Below are positions 29,936 to 38,723 of a stretch of DNA of 46,780 bases, piece by piece. Positions within the stretch are counted from its first letter, which is position 1. Each line of letters begins with the position of its first letter. The translations under genes were made by a program, and so were the position numbers. Origin of the DNA: an uncultured Candidatus Peregrinibacteria bacterium (lineage in GTDB: Bacteria > Patescibacteriota > Gracilibacteria > Peribacterales > Peribacteraceae). The stretch lies in NCBI GenBank assembly GCA_903822115.1, contig CAIJNU010000040.1, positions 1 to 46,780 of the forward strand, written 5' to 3'. The notes beneath the pieces are model-generated. The model had not been told where the DNA came from and made no database searches. It saw only the letters and a program-made list of their open reading frames with translations.

Positions 29936-30715
29936 ATGATTGAACGATCTGAAACACCGCCGGCGGGAGTCGAAGTACGTGCACTCGATGAATTGCGAGC
30001 TGTCCTCGATCGATCGCAGACGCTTGGCGATTTTCAGAGACAGGCAAGGGAGCGGATTGATCAAGTGTTGCAGGGAGGAGAGCATAATGGTCGAGCATTG
30101 GGAGAGGCCATGCGGAGAAAATCTCATGAGGTGGAAGATGCGATGACGGGATTTGATGGAGTGCGCATCAGCAATCTTCCCGGAGGAACGCTCGGGAGAA
30201 ACCTTGTCGGAGGCGAGCAGAGTAGTGCGGAAGTCTCTGCGGCGATTGTTCTCGATCCGGATGAACTCAGACGCACCGTCACGCACGAGGCGCATTCGGA
30301 AGTCGGACATTCGAGTCAGGCGAATCCAAAAGCTGCGCAGGAGGCGATTGCATTGATCGTAGACGGGCAGAAATTGAGTATAACGGGTGTGCTGGAGGGT
30401 GATGTGGAGATGGGAACAGCACGACTCATCGATGGCAGCTCCGACCATCATCGGGAAGGACAACCGGAGCAGGATTACGGGGAGGGACAGCGGGCGGCGG
30501 TGGCTGCGGTTTCCGCAATAGGCACAAGCGAGTGGAATAATCATTTGAAGAAAGGTGGTGCGCATGCCGGAGATCTGGGTCACTTGCAGCAGGCGCTCTG
30601 GGAGAGGCAGCTTCGGACTGCTCAAGATGAAGCAACCGTTCTGCGAATCGTGGAGGAAGCCGAAGAAACCGGCTACACAAATGCCGCGCGTCAGGCGCTC
30701 GCGAACGCCGCTTAG
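29936..30715 (+). CDS. Hypothetical protein, possible degenerate zincin-like motif
   Basis: ORF fills the gap; THEAHSEVGH...LEG resembles but does not match HExxH. Confidence 0.65.
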   Translation: MIERSETPPAGVEVRALDELRAVLDRSQTLGDFQRQARERIDQVLQGGEHNGRALGEAMRRKSHEVEDAMTGFDGVRISNLPGGTLGRNLVGGEQSSAEVSAAIVLDPDELRRTVTHEAHSEVGHSSQANPKAAQEAIALIVDGQKLSITGVLEGDVEMGTARLIDGSSDHHREGQPEQDYGEGQRAAVAAVSAIGTSEWNNHLKKGGAHAGDLGHLQQALWERQLRTAQDEATVLRIVEEAEETGYTNAARQALANAA

Positions 30716-31260
30716 GATTTGCTTCGAATGAGTTCGAGGAATTCCTGCCTCGTGCGCGCGTCGCGCTTGAAGCTTCCCTTCACATGGCTCGTGACGGCCT
30801 GACTCCGTTGTTTCTCCACGCCGCGCATCATCATGCAGAGGTGGCTCATTTCGGTGACGACGCCGATCCCCTTCGGCTTGAGGATCGCATAGAGCGCGTC
30901 GCAGATTTCCTGCCCCATGCGTTCCTGGACCTGCAATCGACGGGCAAACATGTCGACGATGCGGGGGATCTTGCTCAGGCCGATCACGTGTTTGTCCGGA
31001 ATGTATCCGACGTGGACGCGTCCGAAGAACGGGAGCAGGTGGTGCTCGCAGAGGGAGTATGTCTCGATGTCTTTGATGATCACCATTCCCTCGGTGTCGG
31101 CGGGGAAGAGGGCGCCATTAACGATGTCCTCGGGCTTCAGTCCGTAGCCCGACACGAAGAACTTCATCGCTTCGCTGTGACGCCTTGGCGTGCCACGAAG
31201 CCCGGGGCGCTTGGGATCTTCGCCGAGCTTCAGAAGCAGTTTTTTCGTGAGGTCTTCCAT
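30712..31260 (-). CDS. folE: GTP cyclohydrolase I
   Basis: SLCEHHLLPF, GLSKIPRIV, RRLQVQER, HLCMMMRGV. Confidence 0.97.
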   Translation of the reverse strand: MEDLTKKLLLKLGEDPKRPGLRGTPRRHSEAMKFFVSGYGLKPEDIVNGALFPADTEGMVIIKDIETYSLCEHHLLPFFGRVHVGYIPDKHVIGLSKIPRIVDMFARRLQVQERMGQEICDALYAILKPKGIGVVTEMSHLCMMMRGVEKQRSQAVTSHVKGSFKRDARTRQEFLELIRSKS

Positions 31261-31297
31261 GGGTCAAGACCTTACTTCCCCCGCTTTATTTTTGCAA

Positions 31298-31329
31298 TCC
31301 GCCTTCGCCCCTGATGGGGCTACGGCGGA
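31298..31329. repeat. REP-like palindrome (GTAG-type)
   Basis: TCCGCC-ttc-GCCCC-tgat-GGGGC-tac-GGCGGA. Confidence 0.7.
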
Positions 31330-31404
31330 CGAGATGTCTGGAAGCGGTTAATAGGATTCCAGAGTTTGCTCTGTGGTTCATACCAGTGATTTCGTTCGGC
31401 GGGG

Positions 31405-32004
31405 CTACTTCTTGAGTACGGCGTCGATGGCACTCTCTACTTCCTGCGCACCGACGGCTCCGGAGATTGTCTGCTGCGCCCCTGTTTTGCGATTGAGGAT
31501 GATGGTCGTGGGTGTCCCCGTGATGGTTGAAGTCGCGGCATTCTCTTGATCCTGAACCTTCTTCAGGATGGCGGGGTCTTTCATGCAGGAGGCGAGAGAA
31601 GTGGCAGAGACACCGACTGTCTCCGCGGCTTGGACATACTGTGCGGCGCCGTCCGCGAATACGGCATCGACAAATGCCCAGAATCCTCCATTGCCGCGCA
31701 GGCGCGCGGCGCACTCGGAGGCCTTCGCTGCGGGCATCGCGCTCTCGTGGAATGGAAGCGGGAAATGACGGTAGACGATGTTGACGCTCGCCCTCTCCTT
31801 TTTCATCACCTCCTTCAGCGTGTCATGGAAGTTTCGGCAGAACGGACATTCGAAATCCGAATAGACGATGAGCGTGACGGGCGCGGTCCTGCGACCGAAG
31901 ACGTGATCCGTGAAGCTGACGTTCGGAACGGTAAGCGTCGCCGCGAGGACGCTGGGCGGCAGGAGGGCAGTGCAGAGGGAAAGCAGGATGAAGACTCGTT
32001 TCAT
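31405..32004 (-). CDS. DsbA family oxidoreductase, secreted
   Basis: Signal peptide, YSDFECPFC, YRHFPL, ITGTPT. Confidence 0.92.
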   Translation of the reverse strand: MKRVFILLSLCTALLPPSVLAATLTVPNVSFTDHVFGRRTAPVTLIVYSDFECPFCRNFHDTLKEVMKKERASVNIVYRHFPLPFHESAMPAAKASECAARLRGNGGFWAFVDAVFADGAAQYVQAAETVGVSATSLASCMKDPAILKKVQDQENAATSTITGTPTTIILNRKTGAQQTISGAVGAQEVESAIDAVLKK

Positions 32005-32039
32005 TTGGAGGGGGAACGGACGTCACATCCTAGCGCATA

Positions 32040-32525
32040 TCAGAGTGTGAGGGAAAAGGATTCGCAGGTTTGATCTTGCGTCGCTTCGAGGAGATGCGAC
32101 CAGGTTTGGTGGAGCGAGGGATGACGATCCTCCGGAGAGACGAGATCCAGGAGTGGGGCGAGGACGAAGCGTCTCTCGTGCATTCGGGGGTGCGGGAGCG
32201 TGAAGGAGGCATTCTGCTCCGTGATTGAATCGTAAAGGAGGAGATCAAGATCGATGGTGCGCGGCCCGTAGCGAAATGGCGTTTCTTTTCCCAGTGTTCG
32301 TTCAATGGTTTGAAGTTTGCCGATGATTTCTTCGGGAGTGTCTGTAGTTTCGCAAGCTCCCACGGCATTGAGGAAGAAATCCTGATCTTCATATCCCATT
32401 GGGGCACTGCGATACACGCGGGAGAAGCGCATGTCCGGCCAGAGCTCACGCAGAGACGCTGCGGCGGCGGGAAGATTTACGAGCGGGAGAATATTGGAGC
32501 CGAGACCGATGAAGACGCGGGACAT
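32040..32525 (-). CDS. folK: 2-amino-4-hydroxy-6-hydroxymethyldihydropteridine diphosphokinase
   Basis: IGLGSN, FLNAV, GPRTIDLDLL, LPHPRMHERRFVLAPL. Confidence 0.96.
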   Translation of the reverse strand: MSRVFIGLGSNILPLVNLPAAAASLRELWPDMRFSRVYRSAPMGYEDQDFFLNAVGACETTDTPEEIIGKLQTIERTLGKETPFRYGPRTIDLDLLLYDSITEQNASFTLPHPRMHERRFVLAPLLDLVSPEDRHPSLHQTWSHLLEATQDQTCESFSLTL

Positions 32526-32530
32526 AAACG

Positions 32531-32555
32531 AGTGAATAGTGATCAGTGAACAGTG
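32531..32555. repeat. Short tandem heptamer array at the folB/folK junction
   Basis: agtgaat-agtgatc-agtgaac-agtg. Confidence 0.6.
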
Positions 32556-32896
32556 GGGCGATCGATCGTGACACTTACTTCTTTCACTCCGAGGGGCGGG
32601 AACTTCTTCACCGTGACCTCCACGCTCCTCGCAGCCGAGCGGCGCAGGAGGAGGGAGGCGATGTCCTCCGCGAGGCGTTCGATCGTTTTGTGCTCCTGCA
32701 AGCCGAGTTCGCGGATACTCTCCGTCAGCGACGCGTAGTCGAATTCCTCAGGCACATCGTCATTCTTTGCGACATTCGAGAGATCGCACAGGAGCGAAAA
32801 CGACACGAGCAAACGCTGAGGTGTTTCCCGTTCCTTCTTCTCTACTCCGATGCGGGTGCTCAGTTCCAGATCCCGAACGCAGAGGCGGTCGATCAT
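32543..32896 (-). CDS. folB: Dihydroneopterin aldolase
   Basis: IGV...ER..PQ, DYA, IERLAE, VTVKK; next to folK. Confidence 0.88.
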   Translation of the reverse strand: MIDRLCVRDLELSTRIGVEKKERETPQRLLVSFSLLCDLSNVAKNDDVPEEFDYASLTESIRELGLQEHKTIERLAEDIASLLLRRSAARSVEVTVKKFPPLGVKEVSVTIDRPTVH

Positions 32897-35352
32897 ACGT
32901 CCGACTCCGCGAACTCCGTATCCTCCGAGCGGGAGATGCCGCCCACGAAGAGTTGGATGTGATCGGCGACGCTCGTGGCGGCGAGGTGGCGAAGCAACCA
33001 GCGCGTGACGGTGACTGCGGTGAAGAGCGAGAGGAAGATACCCATGCCGAGCGTGATGGCGAAGCCGCGGACGATCGACGAACCGATGATGAAGAGAATG
33101 CCGCAGGTGATGAGCGTCGAGACGTTACTGTCGCGGATTGCCGGCCAGGCGTGCTTGAAGCTGGCTTCCACGGCGGTCTTCACGAGTTTTCCTTTGCGCA
33201 GCTCTTCCTTCATGCGTTCGAAGACGAGCACGTTGGCGTCCACGGCCATACCGATGGAGAGGATGATGCCCGCCATGCCGGCGAGCGTGAGGACGATGTA
33301 GTCGTGCATGAAGAGGAGGAGCGGGAGCTTGAGGATCGCGAAGAGCATGATTGCGTACATTCCGAGAGCCAGATCCGCCATGACGCCGAGCATGCGGTAC
33401 ATGAGGATCATGTAGAGCATGAGGATGATGGTGCCGATGAGCGCGGCTTGCAGCGAGGTGCGCAGAGCGGCGGCGCCGAGCGTGGCCTCAATTGTGTACT
33501 GGCCCACGAGGTGGATGGGGGCGGGGATCGCGCCGGTATTGAGATCCTGGGCGAGCTTCTTTGCCTCATCGAAGTTCTTGCTTCCCGTGATCACGGCGGT
33601 GCCGCCTGCGATTTCCTGTTGTACGGTTGGCGCGGAAACAAGCTGACCTCCGACGAAGATCGCGATGCGCTTGCCCACGTTCTGCTTGGTCAGGTTCTGG
33701 AAGAGGGTGGCGCCCTCATCATCGAAGAGAATCTGCACCACGGGCACGTTGGTGACGGGATCCACGGCGACCGCGGCGGAGCGGAAGTGCTTGCCGTCGA
33801 GTGTCGTGTCCTTCCATCCTGTGGGTTGCAACGAGAAGAAGATGAAGCGCAGGGACTGGGCCAGTTCATCCTTCGTCACCTTCCCTTTCTGCAAACGCGA
33901 GATGATGTCCGTGGCGCGAGCCGAAGCACCGGTGCCCGTGATCGCCAATTCATCGTAGCTCGCCGTGTCGGGAGCGGAGGTGACGGCGGAATTGACGCGA
34001 ATGAGGTGGTAGCCGAAGGGTGTCTCCACGGGGTCGCTGACGGTCAGGACTTTCTGCGTGAAGGCGGCGTCGTCGAAGGCGGCGGGCATGGTTCCGCGCG
34101 TGATGGAGCCGAGGTGACCGCCGGAGGTGCGCGAATCCTTACCGTCCGATTCCGTCTTGGCGATATCCTCGAACTTCGCGCCCCCATCGATCTGCGCCTT
34201 GAGCTGCTTCGCTTTTGCAAGTGCCTCATCTTTTGTACGTGTCACGGAGGCCGCGGCGTTGTCCGCGCCCTTGTAGGCGACGAGGATGTGGCTCACATCC
34301 ACTTCCTCCTGGCCCTTCTCGATATTCGAAAGGAAGAGGACGTGCGCGGCACCGTCAGCGGTCGAAACCGACTTCAACTGACCGGGTGTCATGCCTTGCA
34401 GCGTGCCGCTGATTTGGAGCGGAACCTTCTTATCGAGAGCCACGGAGGAATGTTCGCCGTAGGTCACGGAGGGCTCCTTCTTCGCGAGGATGGAGAAGGC
34501 GAGGGGGGCTTCGCTCACGATGCGTCCGGTAGAAGTCGGAGGCGTGAGCACCTGTACGAGGAAGATGCCGGGTACGTTCTGCTGCGAGACCTTCCCTGCG
34601 CTGTCCTGCTGGGACACGGGAATGGTGCCTTGCAGTTGAACCACCTGGTTACTCGGGCTCTTCCCCCACAGGCTCTTCAATCCGTCGGGGAGTTGATCTT
34701 GGAAGAACGTGTGCGAGGCCTGGTAGGAGACGCCGAGTTGCGAGCTGAGGTTCTCCCCCTCCTTCGCGAGCGTCGATCCGCTGTGTGTGATGTTGTAGAG
34801 CGTTGCGGTGACATTGGCCTGAACCCCTTTCTTAAAGTCCGCCGTCGGTTGGGTCAGCTCTTCCTTGAATTCCAATTGAATCGTCTTTCCGACGACATTG
34901 ATGCACTGCTGCGTGTCCACGACTCCTGGACATTCCACGAGGAGGTGCTTCTCGTCGCCGATGTAGGAAGGTGTGATGGTGGCCTCGCTCACGCCGAGCG
35001 CGTTGATGCGGCGCTCGAGGACGGTGCGGATCGCCTCCACGAGGTTCTGCTGTTGCTGCTGGATGCTGCGCTGCTCGGATTGCATGCGTGCGATCTGATC
35101 GGCGGGGGCGTTCTTGCGCTGCGCGTCCGCGATGTCCTGCGCGAGGTGCTGGAGCTGCGTATTGATCTCTTCCTCGGAAATGCGGAAATCCAGCTGCGTT
35201 CCCCCGACAAGATCAAGACCGAGGTGGAGGGCGGGATCGCGAATGAAGTTCGGCGCCCAGGACTTCCAACTCTGCGGAAGGGCGATGAGGACGATACAGA
35301 CCGCGATGACGGCAGTGACGATTGGCCAGAGGAGAGAGCGTTTTTGCGGCAT
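32893..35352 (-). CDS. secD: Protein translocase subunit SecD with inserted parvulin-type PPIase domain
   Basis: LGLDLVGG, RRINALGVSE, TLAGMAGIILSIGMAVDANVLVFER, IRDSNVST. Insert VSHILV...GGHLG...AFDDAAF...SDPVETPFGYHLI. Confidence 0.95.
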   Translation of the reverse strand: MPQKRSLLWPIVTAVIAVCIVLIALPQSWKSWAPNFIRDPALHLGLDLVGGTQLDFRISEEEINTQLQHLAQDIADAQRKNAPADQIARMQSEQRSIQQQQQNLVEAIRTVLERRINALGVSEATITPSYIGDEKHLLVECPGVVDTQQCINVVGKTIQLEFKEELTQPTADFKKGVQANVTATLYNITHSGSTLAKEGENLSSQLGVSYQASHTFFQDQLPDGLKSLWGKSPSNQVVQLQGTIPVSQQDSAGKVSQQNVPGIFLVQVLTPPTSTGRIVSEAPLAFSILAKKEPSVTYGEHSSVALDKKVPLQISGTLQGMTPGQLKSVSTADGAAHVLFLSNIEKGQEEVDVSHILVAYKGADNAAASVTRTKDEALAKAKQLKAQIDGGAKFEDIAKTESDGKDSRTSGGHLGSITRGTMPAAFDDAAFTQKVLTVSDPVETPFGYHLIRVNSAVTSAPDTASYDELAITGTGASARATDIISRLQKGKVTKDELAQSLRFIFFSLQPTGWKDTTLDGKHFRSAAVAVDPVTNVPVVQILFDDEGATLFQNLTKQNVGKRIAIFVGGQLVSAPTVQQEIAGGTAVITGSKNFDEAKKLAQDLNTGAIPAPIHLVGQYTIEATLGAAALRTSLQAALIGTIILMLYMILMYRMLGVMADLALGMYAIMLFAILKLPLLLFMHDYIVLTLAGMAGIILSIGMAVDANVLVFERMKEELRKGKLVKTAVEASFKHAWPAIRDSNVSTLITCGILFIIGSSIVRGFAITLGMGIFLSLFTAVTVTRWLLRHLAATSVADHIQLFVGGISRSEDTEFAESDV

Positions 35353-35362
35353 AAGGTGGTGA

Positions 35363-36031
35363 TCAGGGCTTGAGCGGAGAGGAGAGGGGAACGAAAGCCA
35401 CGTGGGAACCGACGTTCATGTCATCTGCAAATGCTTGAGCCATGGCGGGGGGAATGCCGGAGACGGTGATAGCGGAGCTCTGTCCGTCCGTCTTCGTGAT
35501 GGAGAGCGTTGTGACGAGATGGTGTCGAACCGTCAGAGCGAGGATTTTCCCGACGTTCGCCGTGCAAACCTTCTTCCAGATTGCCGCGCCCTCGGGCGTA
35601 AAGATGAGGGTGGCCGAGGCTTTGCCATCCTTATCGGCGGCGTTAGCGACGGTCTTCGCGATATCCTTTTCCGTGATGCCGCTTCCCTTCAGCGCGCCGA
35701 ACTTCTCCACGGTTATCTCCGCGTCGGCGGCCGTAGCCTGCGTCATGATGCTGAAGTTCAGGGGGGTCGCGAGTTGCTTGGTCAGTGTGTCCGCCACGTC
35801 TGATGGAAGGAAGACGCTGATGACGGAACCCGAGGCGTTGAGCACGGCGCTCTTCGAGGCTTCGGGCTGCTTGAGAGCCAGGAGTCGTCCCTGCACTGCG
35901 CGCAGCGCAGCGGGCGCGAGATCGCTTGCGAGCGAAGGATCCGAGTATCGGAGCTCATACGAAACGATGCCGCTCTTCACACATCCGCTGAGGAGCAACA
36001 GCGCGCCGAAAACAAAAGTCATGCGTTTCAC
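35363..36031 (-). CDS. Lipoprotein resembling the SecDF P1 head domain
   Basis: Lipobox LSGC; ATLIFTPEGAAIWKKVCTANVGKILAL parallels SecD VQILFDDEGATLFQNLTKQNVGKRIAI; no other TM segment. Confidence 0.7.
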   Translation of the reverse strand: MKRMTFVFGALLLLSGCVKSGIVSYELRYSDPSLASDLAPAALRAVQGRLLALKQPEASKSAVLNASGSVISVFLPSDVADTLTKQLATPLNFSIMTQATAADAEITVEKFGALKGSGITEKDIAKTVANAADKDGKASATLIFTPEGAAIWKKVCTANVGKILALTVRHHLVTTLSITKTDGQSSAITVSGIPPAMAQAFADDMNVGSHVAFVPLSSPLKP

Positions 36032-36079
36032 CCGCCGAGTCTAGGGACAAACTGTGCGCAGTGCAAACGCTTGGAGGGG

Positions 36080-37036
36080 CTACGTCAAGCGTAGGATCGT
36101 GCCCTCCCGCAGCATTTTCCCTGTCAGATCCACACCCTGAAGCATGCAGCTGTTGTCGATGACGCAATCTCGCAGGATGCAATCTCTGATTTCGCAATTC
36201 TCGAACACGATGCAGTTATGCAGTTCGCTCTTTCGGATGTGGCTCCCCCTTCCGATCGCAATTCCCCCGCTGCAGACGGAGTCGGTGACGGCTGCTCCCT
36301 CGGCGAGGAGTGTTTGCTCTCCCACAAGGAGGCGGTGCGCGGCGAGGTAGGAATCGAATGATCCGACATCGAGCCAAGGCTCCGTGAAGGTGAAGCAGCG
36401 GACGGGAATGTGATGGCGTAGAAACTCCTCGAAGATGCCGCCGATGTTGTCGGGGTGGAGAGCGGCGAAACTTTTCAGGACGGGGAGCGTTTCCTTCGGG
36501 ATCACGGAGCACCCCGTGGAGACGAGTGTCGTCTTGGGGTTCAGGGGCTTTTCTTCGAATCCCGTCACGAGTGTCGAGTCTTGGGGGTCGGTGATCACCG
36601 TACCGAAGAGCGCGGCCTTCGAGAGATTCTTCAAATCGTGCGCTGCAAGGAGAGGGGTGCCCTGCTGGTAAGCGGCGAGGAATTGTTCCATGGAAAATCC
36701 GAGGTAGTTGTCGCCGGTGAGCAGCAATACATCCTCTTCGATGTTTTCCTGGGCGATCCATTCCGCGAGTGCGCCGAGCGCCCCCGTCTTCTGCCGATCC
36801 GATTTGCTCTCCTCCACCACGAGAGAGACGGGACGGTTCAAGATCGCGATCCACGCGCGGAAACCTTCCGCGAAGGCGGCGTTTGTGCTCACGGTCACCG
36901 GGAAGTCTGCGGGGATTGCGTTGATAAGGTGCTCGATGATCGGATGCCCTGCGAGAGGGAGGAGCGGCTTAGCGCGCTTCTCCGTCAGCGGCCAAAGTCG
37001 CGTCGCGAAGCCTCCGGCGAGGATGAAGGTTTGCAT
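36080..37036 (-). CDS. Sugar-phosphate nucleotidyltransferase (NDP-sugar synthase)
   Basis: ILAGGFATRLWPLT...KPLLP, GDN, FEEKP, WLDVG, C-terminal hexapeptide-like repeats. Confidence 0.92.
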   Translation of the reverse strand: MQTFILAGGFATRLWPLTEKRAKPLLPLAGHPIIEHLINAIPADFPVTVSTNAAFAEGFRAWIAILNRPVSLVVEESKSDRQKTGALGALAEWIAQENIEEDVLLLTGDNYLGFSMEQFLAAYQQGTPLLAAHDLKNLSKAALFGTVITDPQDSTLVTGFEEKPLNPKTTLVSTGCSVIPKETLPVLKSFAALHPDNIGGIFEEFLRHHIPVRCFTFTEPWLDVGSFDSYLAAHRLLVGEQTLLAEGAAVTDSVCSGGIAIGRGSHIRKSELHNCIVFENCEIRDCILRDCVIDNSCMLQGVDLTGKMLREGTILRLT

Positions 37037-37041
37037 GGATT

Positions 37042-37833
37042 TCAGGCGGATCGACCTTGCGGTCGTACGATCATCACGGCGACATTCTCGAGCGATTCCA
37101 CCCGCTCATCACGTTCCACGATGCCGAGGACCGAGGGGAGCAGGAGGTAGGTGAGGGAACGATTCCGGCAGACCGAGAGGAGATTGAGGGACTGTTCGAG
37201 GTCGCTGCACTGGATGAGGTGCGAGATGTGGAAGCGCTCCAGCGTCTCCTCGAGTTTGTCGAGCTTCCCGATCACCGGGACACCGTGCAGTGTCATCAGG
37301 GATGTTCCTCTCCCGTCGAGAATCGCCACGGGCTTGAGCGGATTCTTCCTGCGCTGCAGCATCTCGATGAGCTTGGCGGCTTCCCGAGTGGCGCCGACGA
37401 TGAGCGTCGGGAATGCCGCGGGATCTCGCCAGAGGGAACGACGTGCAATGAACGTGAAGATCATGTGCCAGATCCAGAGGATGATCGTCGAGAAGAGGAG
37501 CGCTTCGACGAGAAGGAGTCGGCTCGTGAAGAGGTCGTAGGCGAAGAAGTAGGCGAGGGAGAAGAGAGCGATGCCCACGACGTTCGACCAGACGAGGGAG
37601 AGGAAGTGCCGCAGATCCGTCTGTGTCTCCGTCAGGCGAAACGTTCTCTGGGATATCTGGATGATGAGCCACAGCGGCGCGGTGACGATGACGATCGTGA
37701 GGAAGGGCGCGAAGGGGAAATTTGAGGAGAAGATCCACCCGACGCGTACGAAGTAAGCGAGGACGAAGCTCCCGATGAAGAGGAGCGCATCGCTGCCAAG
37801 CCACAGGAAGAGGAGGAATCGGTGACGTGCCAT
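37042..37833 (-). CDS. N-terminal TM and Rossmann-like domains of a WcaJ/WbaP-type phosphoglycosyltransferase, without the catalytic domain
   Basis: Four TM helices, SRLL, TLIVGA, VAILD, GVPVIG..L; ends before any KR..D/DELPQ catalytic region. Confidence 0.75.
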   Translation of the reverse strand: MARHRFLLFLWLGSDALLFIGSFVLAYFVRVGWIFSSNFPFAPFLTIVIVTAPLWLIIQISQRTFRLTETQTDLRHFLSLVWSNVVGIALFSLAYFFAYDLFTSRLLLVEALLFSTIILWIWHMIFTFIARRSLWRDPAAFPTLIVGATREAAKLIEMLQRRKNPLKPVAILDGRGTSLMTLHGVPVIGKLDKLEETLERFHISHLIQCSDLEQSLNLLSVCRNRSLTYLLLPSVLGIVERDERVESLENVAVMIVRPQGRSA

Positions 37834-37848
37834 GGCGCTAGGATATCA

Positions 37849-38682
37849 TTACTTGCTCCTTGCCCAAGCGACCTTCGGCGCGCCGGTCCATTGGTACGGA
37901 AGTTTCGTGGTGTCCCACGGGATATCACTTGAATTCCAAACGTAGGTGCTGCGGGCGTAAGAGGGCAGGGATCCGAAGAGATAGTTCTGGAGCCAGAGGT
38001 ATTTCTGCGCGAGTGCGGGATTAGTTTTTGCCATCTTCGCGAAGGTGTCGCGGTGTAGAAGGAAGAAGGTCGCGCTCTCCGCCTCGTCCTCGAACGGATC
38101 CGATGCGGCGTAGCCGGAGACGAAATCGTCCCCCTGAGAGTCGGTCTTTCGCTCCTTCGATGTACGCCAGGAAATCTGGTAGAAGAGCGTGCTGGGATCG
38201 TTCTTGAAGATCGGTGTCGTGCCATCCATAAATGCGCTGGCACCGCTCGAAGGCGTTCCTTGAATGCATCCGAGATCGGCGACGTGCCCGAGGATCTCGT
38301 GGACGAGGAGAGCGCGGAATTCATTATTCGGAACGCTGCCGCTCACGATGATCGTATCTTTCCCCGCGAGTCCGCGGTTGGAGGGATTGTCGTAGCGGAC
38401 ATAGAAGTTGCGGATGCTGTCCTCGCAACCGGCGGGGAGGAGAGAGAGAATCTGCTCGATGATCGCGCGTTGCTGAGAGGGGATGGCAGTCTGTTTCGCG
38501 ATTAGTGCGGAGAGAGGGGGATCGGAGGGCGTGCGGACAATCGTGACGATTGCCACAGGAGTGGCGGCAGGATGCGTACTTGACCTTGCGAAATCAGTGC
38601 TCCGTGCTACGCTCCTTGGCAGGAAGAGCGTCGCCGAGAGCAGGAGACTGATGGCGATGGAGAAGAGGAACCTCGTTTTCAT
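37849..38682 (-). CDS. Secreted putative zinc metallopeptidase
   Basis: Signal peptide; VHEILGH and FVSGYA...EDEAE. Confidence 0.7.
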   Translation of the reverse strand: MKTRFLFSIAISLLLSATLFLPRSVARSTDFARSSTHPAATPVAIVTIVRTPSDPPLSALIAKQTAIPSQQRAIIEQILSLLPAGCEDSIRNFYVRYDNPSNRGLAGKDTIIVSGSVPNNEFRALLVHEILGHVADLGCIQGTPSSGASAFMDGTTPIFKNDPSTLFYQISWRTSKERKTDSQGDDFVSGYAASDPFEDEAESATFFLLHRDTFAKMAKTNPALAQKYLWLQNYLFGSLPSYARSTYVWNSSDIPWDTTKLPYQWTGAPKVAWARSK

Positions 38683-38723
38683 GCAGGAAAGAAAGTGATA
38701 ATTTATATACTATTTATTGTTAG

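Noticed and set aside
32767..35373. Long antisense ORFs (also 14226-16088, 8795-10297, 27177-28616)
   Set aside because: Shadow frames of well-supported genes in GC-rich DNA, with no recognisable motifs.
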